Assembly (NCBI RefSeq): GCF_001194135.2
Contig: NC_068988.1
Span: 32,196,940 to 32,260,939 of the forward strand
From: Octopus bimaculoides
Taxonomy: Eukaryota
Direction: 5' to 3'
DNA: 64,000 nucleotides
Under the pieces are notes generated by a model, which was not told the origin of the DNA, searched no databases, and worked only from the letters and a program-made list of their open reading frames with translations. Positions 36,477 to 50,156 of this stretch are shown here, one piece after another (positions within the stretch are counted from its first letter, which is position 1; every line of letters starts with the position of its first letter). A program made the translations under genes and the position numbers.

Positions 36477-39400
36477 ACAACAAAAAAATGAAAAATAACA
36501 AGCAGTAAAAGTGCAAGAGAACGTGATTAAGATACAAGCGCTGACGAAATAAACGTTGAATGGAGGGGAGTGGAGAAAGAAGCCGAGCATATCTTAAGAA
36601 TATAGTTCTATAGAAGGGAGGACATTTTAATATAAAAGGTTAAACGTAAAGTTCCTGACCAATTAATCTTGTTGGAGGGAACCCACACATACACACACGC
36701 ATATATATTTATGTATGTATGCGTGTGTGTACCTATGTATTTATGTATATGAATTTATGTACGTATATACATGGATGTTTATGTCCATTCATATATAATC
36801 TCACACATACTCATACACTTACAAACAGAAACACATGTGTATGCCTTTCTTTTTTTTTGCATAAGCCGTGGGCTTTCTGAATATAAATGAACTTATGTAT
36901 GAGGGGCATTTAATTAAGCTACGCAATCCAAGATTAAGCAACTCCTTTGGGCAAAACTATATATACAAATTTAATAATGAATTTTGCCAGTAACAGAAAA
37001 ACAAAATGAATATTGTAATGGGAAAATATCTAGAATAAAGTTTTTAACAACTTGCCAGTGAAAGGTTAAGATTATTGCAGTGAAAACTGATTAGTTATGT
37101 GAAGCTTGTGAATGTTGTTCACTTGTGGGTGATATTTGCGTATAATATTATATAGCATATAAATGATTGCAATGTAGCATCAATTTAAGTGTCCCCCAAA
37201 GCATCACATTTGTTCTATTACTATTCTTCAATAGACCACTAATTTTTGCCCATTTTAATAGCCCTACACTGTATATCTCTGTGGGTTTTGCATATGTTCA
37301 TTATTTGCTTTAGATGTGTTATTTTGTTCTCCTAACCTTATTGCATTTTGTGTACATGTTAGTGTGCTTGTGCAGTGCCTCTTGGTGCCAATTTCTATAA
37401 ATAATCTTAAAACTTGGATTTTGTTATATCCATTTTCTCCATTTGGTTCTTAATCATTATTATCGCATCTATGGTTACAGGAGTTTAAATCAGCACATTC
37501 AAGTCATATTTAGATACTTATATCATGAAAATGCCTTCACTTCTCTGGAAAATATATACTCTACTGTTGGGGATTATATCATGAAGCATTTACATTCCAG
37601 GCGGTCTGTCAGTGCGATCCTGACTGTGTACTCATGCACATCCTAGACATGAACTACCTCACTTTAATTTGATATAATTACAGGTGTATTTTTATGTGGC
37701 ATCTGTTCTATTTTCACTGCGTAATACAAGAATCCTGAAAGCTTTAAGTTTATCATATCTGTAAATATGTTTCACTCCTTTATTTTTTATGCATTTGTAT
37801 GTGAGGTGGGCACCAACCTTTTGTAAATGATTATTTCTTGCCTGACTCTTTATTTTTGAAGACACATATTATATTCTGTTTCATATCCTGCTTATGATTT
37901 ATGGTGCAAAAGCTTTGATAGTGTGCCTTAAATAATCCTTCAGGTTTGAAGCTGAACTTCGCAGTCATTGATGAGCATTATTTTAAAGAAACTAAACACA
38001 ATGCAAAATATATCTCACCAATAACAGGGAATCTTTTTACAGGTCATGAAAAATATATAATCTAGAAAAAATATAATTTCTAGGAACTTCAATAAAACTT
38101 CCCGTTTGATTATTATTAAAAGTTGGGTGAATGTGGCGCGAAAGTCCCGAGTGAACGGGCTTATCTAAACATACAGCTCTAGATGAAGGGCAGAAAAGGA
38201 GGTGAGGGCATTTGCCCTAAAGGTCAAGGCGACCGTGGTGTTTGTAGGGTTTGCATGAACTGCTACTGGAAGTCTCCCCTTTTTGGGGATTTTACGTGTA
38301 AATAATTTTACTGTTTTACTTTTGTTTAGACGTTTCAAATCTCATTCGCTTTCTAATGTCCTGTACTGTCTCCAATACTTTATGTGCCTTCACATTCTAC
38401 ATAATATATAGCATAGAAACAAGATAGTGTGCCATATATGCAATGCAATAAGCGGGAAAACTTCGATTATATCAGAATATTATGCAATTAAAAGGGAAAC
38501 AACCCTGGTTCGTTGTTTTTTCTTTAATTCTTTGATATATTTCAGCCGTGAGGCCATGGCCATGCTGGGGCGTAAAATCTAATAAATAAATATTCAAAAT
38601 ATCAACTCATTCAAATGGATGATATTTTCTCTAATGCTGCACTGCTATCCAATGACAGTTGTGCATTGGATGATTTTTGATATGTAATGGAATTGTACAG
38701 GAACAACAATGTGTTTTTTGATTAATGAATATTTTTAATGAATACAAATATTGACATTAAAATAGTTGTATCAGACTTATGAATATCGTTGACTGATCAA
38801 CACAGCCACAGACAAATTATGATAAATGAATTATAGAACGAATATATAATGCATACATACAGTACGTACAAACACACGCGCGGACACAGACACACTTGTG
38901 TGTGTGTGCATATATATGTGTGTGCGTGTGTGTGTGGTCATTTTATTATTTTTTCTTTTGCCATGTATATACACGCATTCTATATATATTTTTTCCTGTA
39001 TTTTCTTCACTCATTTATGAATGTTATTTTATTATTTTTAGTATTTTGACGCCTGTCTATTGTCTGCAAATCATTCGTCACACATCCGTCATCTTTTCAG
39101 CCACACCTTTCTTTTCCTTGTATGTTATTGCCCCACTCTATTCTATTCTTCTAACACGAGTATTTTTATGTGCGCATGCGTTTGTTCCTTGTTTGTGTAT
39201 ACTTGTGTGTGTGTGTCATAGTTTATAGAAGCAGTGTGGCGTTCCCCTAGCCCCAGACTCTCACCCCATTGAGCTGCTGCTGTCCTAAAACCTGAGAAAA
39301 AAGGGAAGGTGCAGTTCCTGTATACCTCTGTGTATGTGTGTTCGTCCACAGTGTTGCCATCGTGGTTGTTGTTGTTATTGCTATCGTCGGCACTGCTTCG

Positions 39401-41918
39401 GCTGCTGACCGTGATAGGTGTGTTGTTGCCAGTGTGTGTTTGTGGGTCTGTGTCCGTAATGGTCAAATACATGACCGAAGTGAGTGATTTTGGCGAATCT
39501 ATTTGTGTGGTTTGCAAGATTTCGTAATTTAATGAGGGCAATTTTTTCTCGCAGCGGAAACAAGGAAATGACATAGGTCCATTGGAAGAAGGTTACGGGG
39601 CTTCAGTTCAGGGAATCGATACATGTTTCAGAGAGAGGTGCCTAGATTGCAAATGGATGACGCATGATATACAAAAGAATGAAGCGCAAGAACAAGTGTC
39701 TTGGACAGGAAGTAGCAGCATGTTAGAAATAGTTCTGTAATATACAGAAGAAATATACTGGGAACCAAACTGTACTGCTGGATGACTCAGTTTTGATGGC
39801 GTTAGAGTCTAATGGAAAATTAACAATCGAAGAGATGACGGATTGCGCCCAGGGACATGAAATTTAAAAAAGAAATTTGTTGACATTGCATGGTTGAAAT
39901 TTTGTGGGATGACGAGAGCGATATCACTGCGTTTAGTAGATTTCTTCAATGTTATATAATTTTGTAGTTATATAATTTTGGAGAGTCAAGTATCAGTGCA
40001 GCTGGTTTGCGGTAACCATTCAAGTAACAGTGAACAATAGGGAATGGATTCATAGAGAATGAGGGAGAGTGGGAAAGATGGAGAAGAGAGAAAAACGAGA
40101 GGGAGAGAGAGAGAGAAAGGATGCGCTTATCTGTGTGTCAGTGTGTGTGTGTGTTAGTGTATATTTCTAATGGCTGTTTCCATCATCGTAGACATTTAAA
40201 AATGAAATTGGATAACATGATCGTGAGCAAAGTCAAGTAGGGTTCACTTTCTGTATGGGAAGCATTGTGCATTTTCTCAAATATCATTCTGAAAAAGGAG
40301 ATATTGAGACTTTCTTGGGTTTTGGCACTCCCTCGCAAGAGGAGGAATTTTAAGCAGTGGAAGTGACACAATCACGATCATTGGCATTGTTAAACTGAGG
40401 GGGTACTTGTGGACTTGCTACATGTATATGAACGACAATCACCCTGGACGAGGGAGACAATCTTGGAAAGGATTTGTTCTGTGAGAGTAATGTGGATTTT
40501 GCTACAATTGACGATCAAAAATTATCTTAACAATAAAGGCAATTTTTTGTGGAGGAAATGATGATTCTAGGTTGATAGATATACACTTGGGTAGAATCCC
40601 AAATTATCGACTGTAGATTCAATGAGAGAAGCTTTCGGGGTTTAAATAACGGAAGTATATACTTAACCATTCTTAGGTTATATGCATATATTTAACTATG
40701 TTTATACAGGAATACACATAAGCACACACGGGCACACATACCAACACACATACATACACACGCATATACATATACACATATAAAACACACGCGCACGTAC
40801 ACACAGACACACACATACACCTATATACTTCATACAACTGAGGAGAGAAGGAATATGATATAGACAAAGAGACACTTGACTGGAATGCGAATACTGTGTG
40901 ACTTCTAAATACGAGTCCATTTTATCGTGTTCTGTTTTATATTAATTTGGATGAAGTGTATGTACGTCGAATATTCTTGGTGAACATCAGAAATATTTTG
41001 GAAATTTGCCTAGCAATTTCCTTTAACGATGGGAAACCTGACTATAGGGGGTTGCAATTTTAGTTTCGCGGAAAAAAACTTTGGCAGGTCTAATAAATCC
41101 GATAATAAAACAGATCGCTATCGTTCTCTGTGGCTTATAATATTCAGTCTACCATTACATATGTATGCAATAATCTTTCAAAACCGAACTTTACATACTA
41201 ACCATAAAAATGTTGATTCCCACAATGAAGTTGAGAGAAGTTTGTTGTGTTATGGAGTTCTTTCAATTATAAGTCTATGAGTCGGGGTGACTTGTATGTT
41301 AGGTACAAGGTTGTAGGAAAGCTTGAAGGCTTACTTTTGTAAATATTGCAGTTATCTGTATGAAACATCACGAAATTACAAAAGCGTGATTTCTATGATA
41401 TTGTGTATTTTAGTAGATTTATAGGCTTTTACGAAATGACAAACAAGTTGCTGATAAACCTCAATCTGTAATAATTTACTGCATTTCCAACAGACAATTA
41501 CATTAACATTAAGGGAATGGATCATCTATATTGTCATATCTCAATATAGAGTACCTAATCCTCTTACAATAATAGAAGATATATGCATGATCAATACTAA
41601 TATCCCTTTTAGACTAACAAAAACATATTAAACAGCAATGATAGTCAGATGGTGTTGGATGAATCATAATTCTTTATATCCAACGCGCAATAAAGTTTGT
41701 ATAGATAATATTTCAATGTGTATAGTATTCTCCTACGTGCCAAATATCCTATAAAAGTAACAGTATGAAATGCTATAAATTTCTCTACTGAAATCACGCG
41801 ATTGCATTCACATTAATAACATACGTGCACATTCTTTTCAATAGCTGACATATGCATTAACACAGAGAGTCCCTTGGCGTGAATACATGTAAATTCTATA
41901 TACATACATGCATACATA

Positions 41919-41970
<52 letters not shown>

Positions 41971-42350
41971 CATATGTGCGTATATGTGTGTGTGACACAA
42001 ATTATATTATACTTCCTTTATATAGTTGATTAATCTTGTTTATTTGTCATTCTAGGAACATTTGAGGGAACTTGGTGTTTTGTAGATTGGAAGGTATAAT
42101 TGACAAAATGAAGAAGAATTATAAATATTTAAGAGAAACAAATTAACTGTATGCTATTGATTACTCATAATCCCAAAAGTCTATCATCAAGCTTTAGAAC
42201 ACATCAGTCATCAAGTTGATACAGAATTACAAACAAACGCCCATGTACACTTTGATGCGCATATACTGCGACAGGCAAATAGGCGCACTCATTCACTACA
42301 TTATATGCATCTGTTGATAGATGTGTGGATATATGTATATGAATATAAGC

Positions 42351-42399
<49 letters not shown>

Positions 42400-42971
42400 C
42401 AATCACATATGTATATGCCTGTGTGCGTAAATATACATGTATCTATCTATATATACACACATATAAATACATAGTATATATATATACATATATACNNNNN
42501 NNNNNNNNNNNNNNNNNNNNNNNNNNNNNNNNNNNNNNNNNNNNNNNNNNNNNNNNNNNNNNNNNNNNNNNNNNNNNNNNNNNNNNNNNNNNNNNNNNNN
42601 NNNNNNNNNNNNNNNNNNNNNNNNNNNNNNNNNNNNNNNNTATATATGTATATGTATATGTATGTATGTATACATAAACCATAAAAAGTCAACAGAAATG
42701 AAAAGTGCATATGTTTATTTAACCACTTGTGATTCTTAGCATTACGGCCATTTGAAACCTTTCAAGATGAAAAAAGAATTTCAGTGCCTGCAGTAGTTTA
42801 CATACCTGTACTAATATGCATGGCACGCGTAGCTCATCAGATCACCAGAACATTATGATTACAACAATGCTTCAAATTTGTGAGAGTCACATGACTGTAT
42901 GAACCCATATATTACATTGCACACGTACTCAAACACACACACGTACACACACATACATACATATGTATAAG

Positions 42972-43058
<87 letters not shown>

Positions 43059-46000
43059 CTGTGTGTGTGTGTGTGTGTGTTAATGTGTGCATATATATGC
43101 TTACGTGTATATTATATATCTGTATCTATTTTTCCATCTCTGTCTATGTTTGTCTGTCTGTCTCTTTCTTTTTTTCTCGCTCGCTGTCTCTCTCAATCAC
43201 TTACTCTCTCTCTCTTTCACTGTGACACTATTCTATGTAAATGTTCCGTATATGTACTAGGAAACGTTTGTTTACATTGGGGCTGCCTCAAGTACATTTG
43301 AATATGAACTATACGTGCAGGTTTAGGGATAGAAATGAAACTACTTTCATATCTATCGCTACTTTTCGTTGGATATTTACCAGACACAATCGTACAATGT
43401 TGGTAACGGTGTCCCTATGTTGCACATATCGGAAGCAAATCGAACATTATCAACCAAAGAATTGAAGTAATAATAAATTAACCGCATATTGTACCACATG
43501 TCATTCCAGCAGAAAACTAAAAATTATTGCAGTAGCTTCATCTAAATACTTGATTAACATTTCTACGACTGAAAAACGTATAAGTATATGTTTCCTCATT
43601 GGATACTATAATGTCTGAATTTTTCCTAGATTTCTAATCTTTCTACCTTAATTTACCCTAATTAGTTTATCACATGCGAGGCCGATTTAATTAATTCGCT
43701 CAGAAGTTTAGCCTTACACTTATGCAATAATTATGTATATGTTTTTTGATTGAGGAATATCTTTAATCTTTAATACGAAAACTACTTAACAAAAAATTTT
43801 TGAAATTAGATAATATAATATCCATTTTGTACCGTATAGCTTTACTGTTATTTACCCACTAATATATAATCAAGTTTCTTCTAAATGTAGCTCCTTGAAT
43901 TAATCCACGGTTCTGTATCCTGTACTTCGTTTGACCTTATTTTAGCTTATTTTATTTTATCTTACATTATTTAGTTAATTATTATATATCTGTTTATTTC
44001 TCTGTATAATTTTAGCGCATCATTTCCATGAACAACTTACGTAATCGTAAGCAAAGTGCAAATAATTTAAATCATATAATCCTTAGTGCTGTAGCTTAAC
44101 TGACAATGATTCGGTTTATATGGGTGACTACTATCTCAACGTATGCTTTTCGTGTGTAATATGCTCTAAGCAAGAGAACAATTTAATATATTAATAATCA
44201 GTCTTGGTTAATTAAGTATTAATATTCTACAAATTATATCTGTATTTCGAATTCGGTGTTTTTTGCTGTATCATGCGTGTGCCTATGTATGCATGACCCA
44301 TACGTGTGGGTGCATGTTTGTTTGTGTCTATATGTGTACGTATATGTGTGCTCGGGAAACTAGTTATGCGTAAATGTATACTTAATACTTACATATTAAT
44401 GAATATATGCATATATTACAATGGAAAATGCAAGTGCATGCATGTTCATATTCTTAAGTTATTACACCTGCAAAAGTACAGAACAAGATTTCTACAGTAG
44501 AATTTCATCACCTCTAAAGGAAACTAAAACGTACTTAAAATTAAAATTCTACTGTACTTAAAATCCTGCAGCCGAGAATAACATTTTTAAAATTAATCAT
44601 ATTTTATTATAACAAAAATTATATAAAAAACATTATTGGGTTTTCCAAAAATAGGTCAATCCGATTTTAAGTCTATAGGCTTATAGTCAGAAACATTTTA
44701 CTTCTATAGCCCCAGTAATTTTTAGTATCTTCACAAAAAGAAATTATTTAAGCAAAATCATTTACTAAAGCCGATGGGATTACTTTTGGAAGACAACAGT
44801 CTTTTAAAAATGAAATGAAATAAAATTAATTTTTAAAACATACAGTAGAATTTGCTTAATTAGTCATTCCTAGGAGAAAATTTAAAGTGACAATTTAGGT
44901 GAAGTAATGAATTTGCCAATGACGAATTAAGCTGATTCTACTGTAAATTTTACTTGTGATTTATTTGTCTGATTAATTTTATTTTTTAATGTGAAAGAAT
45001 TGACTGAGCATATGGTTGATTTGAAATTATTTAATGACCAGTCTACTGCAATCAATGTTTTTTTTTTTCCTTTTGTAATATGATTTCAATTTAAGTGGGG
45101 AAAAATCTAGTGCAATATTATTTATAACTTCATATTTTATTGCTTGTACTTGATACGACTAAATAAAATGACTATTTTTATTGTATATTTCAAACGACAT
45201 GATTAAAAAAGTATTGTTTAAATTTACTTTTGATTAATTTTTGAACCATGTTTTTAAAGTTTTACTCCTTTTTTTTTTTAGATTCTCTTAATAAATAAAA
45301 TAAACTATTTCAATTTTACCTAATATATTCTATTTTAATTTTGAAAAGGTTATTGTTGGCTGCAATATTATAAGTACAGTAAAATTCTAATTTCAAGGAC
45401 TTTTTAGTTTCCTTTAGAGGTGACAAATTAGGCAAATTCTAATGTAGATATCGTGTTCAGTAGTTTTCCAGGTGTAATAAGTTAAAAGTATTAACATGCA
45501 TACTCTGTATTTTTCATTGTAATCTACAGTGTTTCCAGGCCAGATAATAAAACTAATAAATTTTCTTTTGTTAAAACGATATTTGAATTATTTTTCATTG
45601 TTGATGATTGAAATTTATGTTGATGACAAGAATATTATGTTGTATTTTTTTAATTTTCACATATTTTTATTTAAATACTGAAAGTAAGAAAAAGTTATCT
45701 GGGCAACGTTTTGTTGCTTTGGCTAATATAAAAATGATTTAAAGAATGTAAAAAAGCACGAGGAGCCACCTAGCCTTTTGCTTTTTCTGACCAGCATTAT
45801 GAGAAACCGTCAGGACTGCCCATTGAAAGACAAAAACAATAACAATATTCTGTCATTAAATTTTGACGAATAATTTCTTATATATGCTAAAATTCCATAT
45901 TATAATCCAATTTTCATAAGGCAATTTTAAACTCAACTCTCTATAAATAAAATATAATCCACTTTCTATAAACCGATTTCAAGCTCATCTACAAAAAATT

Positions 46001-46067
46001 GCAAAAACATTATCAAAAAATTTACTTTTAAAAATGTTTTTTAAAGATGTTTGTTTTTAAGTTCATG

Positions 46068-46098
<31 letters not shown>

Positions 46099-47039
46099 NN
46101 NNNNNNNNNNNNNNNNNNNNNNNNNNNNNNNNNNNNNNNNNNNNNNNNNNNNNNNNNNNNNNNNNNNNNNNNNNNNNNNNNNNNNNNNNNNNNNNNNNNN
46201 NNNNNNNNNNNNNNNNNNNNNNNNNNNNNNNNNNNNNNNNNNNNNNNNNNNNNNNNNNNNNNNNNNNNNNNNNNNNNNNNNNNNNNNNNNNNNNNNNNNN
46301 NNNNNNNNNNNNNNNNNNNNNNNNNNNNNNNNNNNNNNNNNNNNNNNNNNNNNNNNNNNNNNNNNNNNNNNNNNNNNNNNNNNNNNNNNNNNNNNNNNNN
46401 NNNNNNNNNNNNNNNNNNNNNNNNNNNNNNNNNNNNNNNNNNNNNNNNNNNNNNNNNNNNNNNNNNNNNNNNNNNNNNNNNNNNNNNNNNNNNNNNNNNN
46501 NNNNNNNNNNNNNNNNNNNNNNNNNNNNNNNNNNNNNNNNNNNNNNNNNNNNNNNNNNNNNNNNNNNNNNNNNNNNNNNNNNNNNNNNNNNNNNNNNNNN
46601 NNNNNNNNNNNNNNNNNNNNNNNNNNNNNNNNNNNNNNNNNNNNNNNNNNNNNNNNNNNNNNNNNNNNNNNNNNNNNNNNNNNNNNNNNNNNNNNNNNNN
46701 NNNNNNNNNNNNNNNNNNNNNNNNNNNNNNNNNNNNNNNNNNNNNNNNNNNNNNNNNNNNNNNNNNNNNNNNNNNNNNNNNNNNNNNNNNNNNNNNNNNN
46801 NNNNNNNNNNNNNNNNNNNNNNNNNNNNNNNNNNAAGAAAGAAAGTTCGGAGATTCATTATGAAAAATATTTTCTTGTGTAATAGTGAATATTAATATAA
46901 TACTAATTTTATTATAAAATCAACAAATAAAGGAGCTATATTTATATATAGTAAGTAGAGCTAGCAAGAAGAGGTATGAAAATATATCAATTATATAGTA
47001 AGGAGAGAATCTTATCATATATGATAAATCGCTGACTAA

Positions 47040-47135
47040 ACCATTCAATTTTTTCTCCGTGTTTTTTTCTCCGTGTTTTTCTCCTTGTTTTCTCCATATT
47101 CTTTCTGTTGAAGAGCGTAGCTCGAAACGTTGTTG
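47040..47135 (+). mobile_element. Penelope-like terminal fragment with hammerhead-like motif
   Basis: CTGTTGA-A-GAGC-GTA-GCTC-GAAAC-GTT at 47105-47131, preceded by TTTTCTCCG tandem units. Confidence 0.5.
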
Positions 47136-47758
47136 TTGTTTTTTTCCGTAACTTCTCCTATATATATATGCATGTATGTATGTGCGTGTATATGTCAGTA
47201 TTTGTTTACGATGGACAGTAGAAAATATCACACTTGTTATCATTTGTTGTTAAATTACCCCCCTCACTTTAATGCTACGTATGCGTCAGACTCACCTTCA
47301 TGGGAGTTTTAAAATTTACTTATGTGTATATGCATGTGTGCATGCGTGTGTGTGTTGATAGATTATCCGCGTGTGTGTGCTGATTTTTAAACGCACGTGT
47401 GTGTACGTGTGTGTGTATGTCTGTATGTATGTATTTACGAAAGTGTGTATGCAGCGTCGCGTGTATATCCCTGAAGTCGTTTTCGGGCGTTATTCATCCC
47501 CTTTTAACTCCACACATTTGAAATCTTAACTTTTTTTCTACTGAGCTAAATTTCAAATTTTCAAGCTGAAAATATAGGTTAGGAGGTACACCGATCTAAA
47601 AATGTATATGCATCATCAAATTTGGAAAAACAAAACTGAATGAGTAAAATAATAGTGGTCGTGAGTGAGTAAACGTTGACTTTTTGAAAATTATTCACAT
47701 TCGGCCGTGTGTGAATGATGTTTATTACAAGATTTTTATTACAATGATGTTTATTACA

Positions 47759-47955
47759 AAGCGGCGAGCTGGTAGAAATTTTAGCACGCCTTGCGAAATA
47801 CTTAGTGACCTTTACGTTCTGAGTTCAACTTCCCCCGAGGTCGAGTTTACCTTTCATCCTGTCGGGGTCGATAAATTAAGTACCAGTTGCGTACTGGATT
47901 CAATCTAATTGACTGACCTCACCCCACAGTATTCGGGCCCTGTGCCTAGAGTAAA
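47759..47955 (+). mobile_element. tRNA-derived SINE (Deu/Nin-like core)
   Basis: GCGGCGAGCTGGTAGAA (A box)...GAGTTCAAC (B box)...CCTTTCATCCTGTCGGGGTCGATAAATTAAGTACCAG. Confidence 0.85.
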
Positions 47956-47963
47956 ACATAATA

Positions 47964-48179
47964 TTGGTTTCCAATTTTTGCAAAAGGGCATCAAATCAGG
48001 AGGAGAGGGAAGTTGATTACATCGATCTCGGTGCTCAGGTGACACTCATTTTATTGAGTACCGAAAAATAAAAGGCAGAGAGGACATTGGTTGAATTTGA
48101 ACTCTGAAAATAGTGGCAGAAGAAATGCCGCAAAGTTTTTAACCTGCGTGTTAACGGCTCTGCCAGCTCGTCATCTTAG
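47964..48179 (-). mobile_element. Older copy of the same SINE, inverted
   Basis: Reverse complement GACGAGCTGGCAGAGCCGTTAACACG...GAGTTCAAATTC... aligns with the 47759 copy. Confidence 0.7.
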
Positions 48180-48419
48180 CAGAAAAATGAGAAATAATAT
48201 AACTTGAAAATTGTTTTGGATCATTTAGTCTATTTATTTTCACTTTGAATATTTTATTATAAGACTAGCACCACGACACTCTTCTTGATTAAGTCTATCT
48301 TATGAGTTAAACAAATTTTACAGAAAATCACAATGTTTAGGTTTTCAATTTCCCTTTAAGCGTTACCACTGTTTTCGGCATATTTGGCCGCAGTAGGTTA
48401 TTATTTTAATTTTTTTACA

Positions 48420-49310
48420 TAATTAACATGACGGGATATTTGTCATCGTGATCAGAAAAGTTAAATTGAGATATAGCTTTCTTTTGAAAAAAGAATATTT
48501 GAAGTCAAAGTCGATATGAGGCGGTAATCTTTTTTTCGCGAGTTTTTACCTCAGTACATTTTTTCTACTGAATATTTTTCCACATAACTAACATGAATAG
48601 ATTCCTATCGTCGAGACTTACCATACAAGTGAAAATGAAATATAGATATACTTAAAAAAATATTTGGACTTAAAGTCGATTTCAGGCGTTATTCTCCCGT
48701 TTGTGAACTCATATATTTGACTCAAACTGTTTTTCCTACTGAGCCAATTTTCAAATTTTTAGCTCGAAGTGTATCTTAGGGTATTTCCAATCTAAAAACG
48801 TAAACATCATCTACTTTGGTTAAAATCTGAGCTATTGACAAAGCCTAGAAGTGGAATAATTCGCTTCATCGGATTCTTTTAGTAGAGATCTATCAGAAAA
48901 GTTGAATTTAAATCTAGTTTTCTTTTGAAATAAGAGAAATATTTAGAGTCAAAGTCGATTTCAGGCATGAATCTCGTATCTTTATTTTCTGCCGGATTTT
49001 ACCTTAGGACATATGTTTCCAAATATGTAACATGGATAGATTACTCTCGCCGAGATACATCATACCAGATAAAATAAAGTATAGATTTCTTTTAACAAAA
49101 TATTTTGACTCAAATGCGATTTTAGGCTTACTCTCTAGTTTTTGATCTCACATATTCGACTAAAGCATTTTACAACCGAAACAATTTTCAAATTTTGTCG
49201 CTGAAAATGTAGCTTAGGAAGGAAATAATCTAAGAATAGAGACATCATCTAACTTGGTTAAAACCTGAGTTAGTGATAAAGCGTAGAAGTGTTCGCCAGT
49301 GTGTAAATTT
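48420..49310. repeat. Degenerate ~440 bp tandem duplication built from repeated modules
   Basis: AATATTT..A.T.AAAGTCGAT.T.AGGC at 48494, 48659, 48938 and 49099 (periods 444 and 440); partial third unit at 47470-47680. Confidence 0.85.
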
Positions 49311-50156
49311 GGCCCTTAAGCATATTACGCACATACGCCTGTGTGTGAATTATNNNNNNNNNNNNNNNNNNNNNNNNNNNNNNNNNNNNNNNNNNNNNNN
49401 NNNNNNNNNNNNNNNNNNNNNNNNNNNNNNNNNNNNNNNATATATATATATATATAATAATAATAATAAAAATAAGCAGCAGGATATCCAGAGGTAATGC
49501 AGTATGATCGTTTCAAGCGACTCCATTTAATTGAAACAATGCAACCATTACATCAATTTAAATGCAGTGCATTTTTGTTATTCAGATACGTTTTTCTTCG
49601 TATATGTATAAGTTGTAAATGTTACTATATTTACCATTTGATATTTTTCTTCAACTGTCTCGTTTCCATGGGAATACAGAACTGGACGGGACTCCAAATG
49701 GCAGAAAGCTGTCGACATATTTATAGTTGTTCTCTCTTAATAATTTCCGATTTCTAATTATCACTGCACTCCTTTGAGGCAGTACCGAAGATATTTCCTG
49801 CGTCCTCGTCGTCATTGCTGTCATTCATATGTTGATCTTGATAATGAGAAAAGTAAATTATCAAAATACAATCTAAGAAACGAAGAATATAATTCTCCAA
49901 GGCCATAGATGCATTAGAGAGATGAATAAGCGTCAGCAAAAAAAAACAAAACAAAAAAAAACAGACGTCACGCCTGTTGATAGTAGAAATGTTGAAAATC
50001 TTTAGGATTTCCTAATGTATTTTACAGCCTAACTCTTCGGTATACACGGCAATTATAACTTTAAAAGCAACGTTAGGCAATACTTGGCGATTGCCTCCTA
50101 GGTATCGGGAAAGAGGGGCAGTGTAGAGTGACCTTGGACTGGTTTCGGAAACGCAA

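Noticed and set aside
37300-38000. SWIM zinc-finger (MULE) or GPCR-like words
   Set aside because: Motifs are incomplete, on conflicting strands and interrupted by stops.
48420-49310. CRISPR-like repeat-spacer array
   Set aside because: Eukaryotic context; the repeats are degenerate, the spacers are homologous to each other and no cas genes are present.
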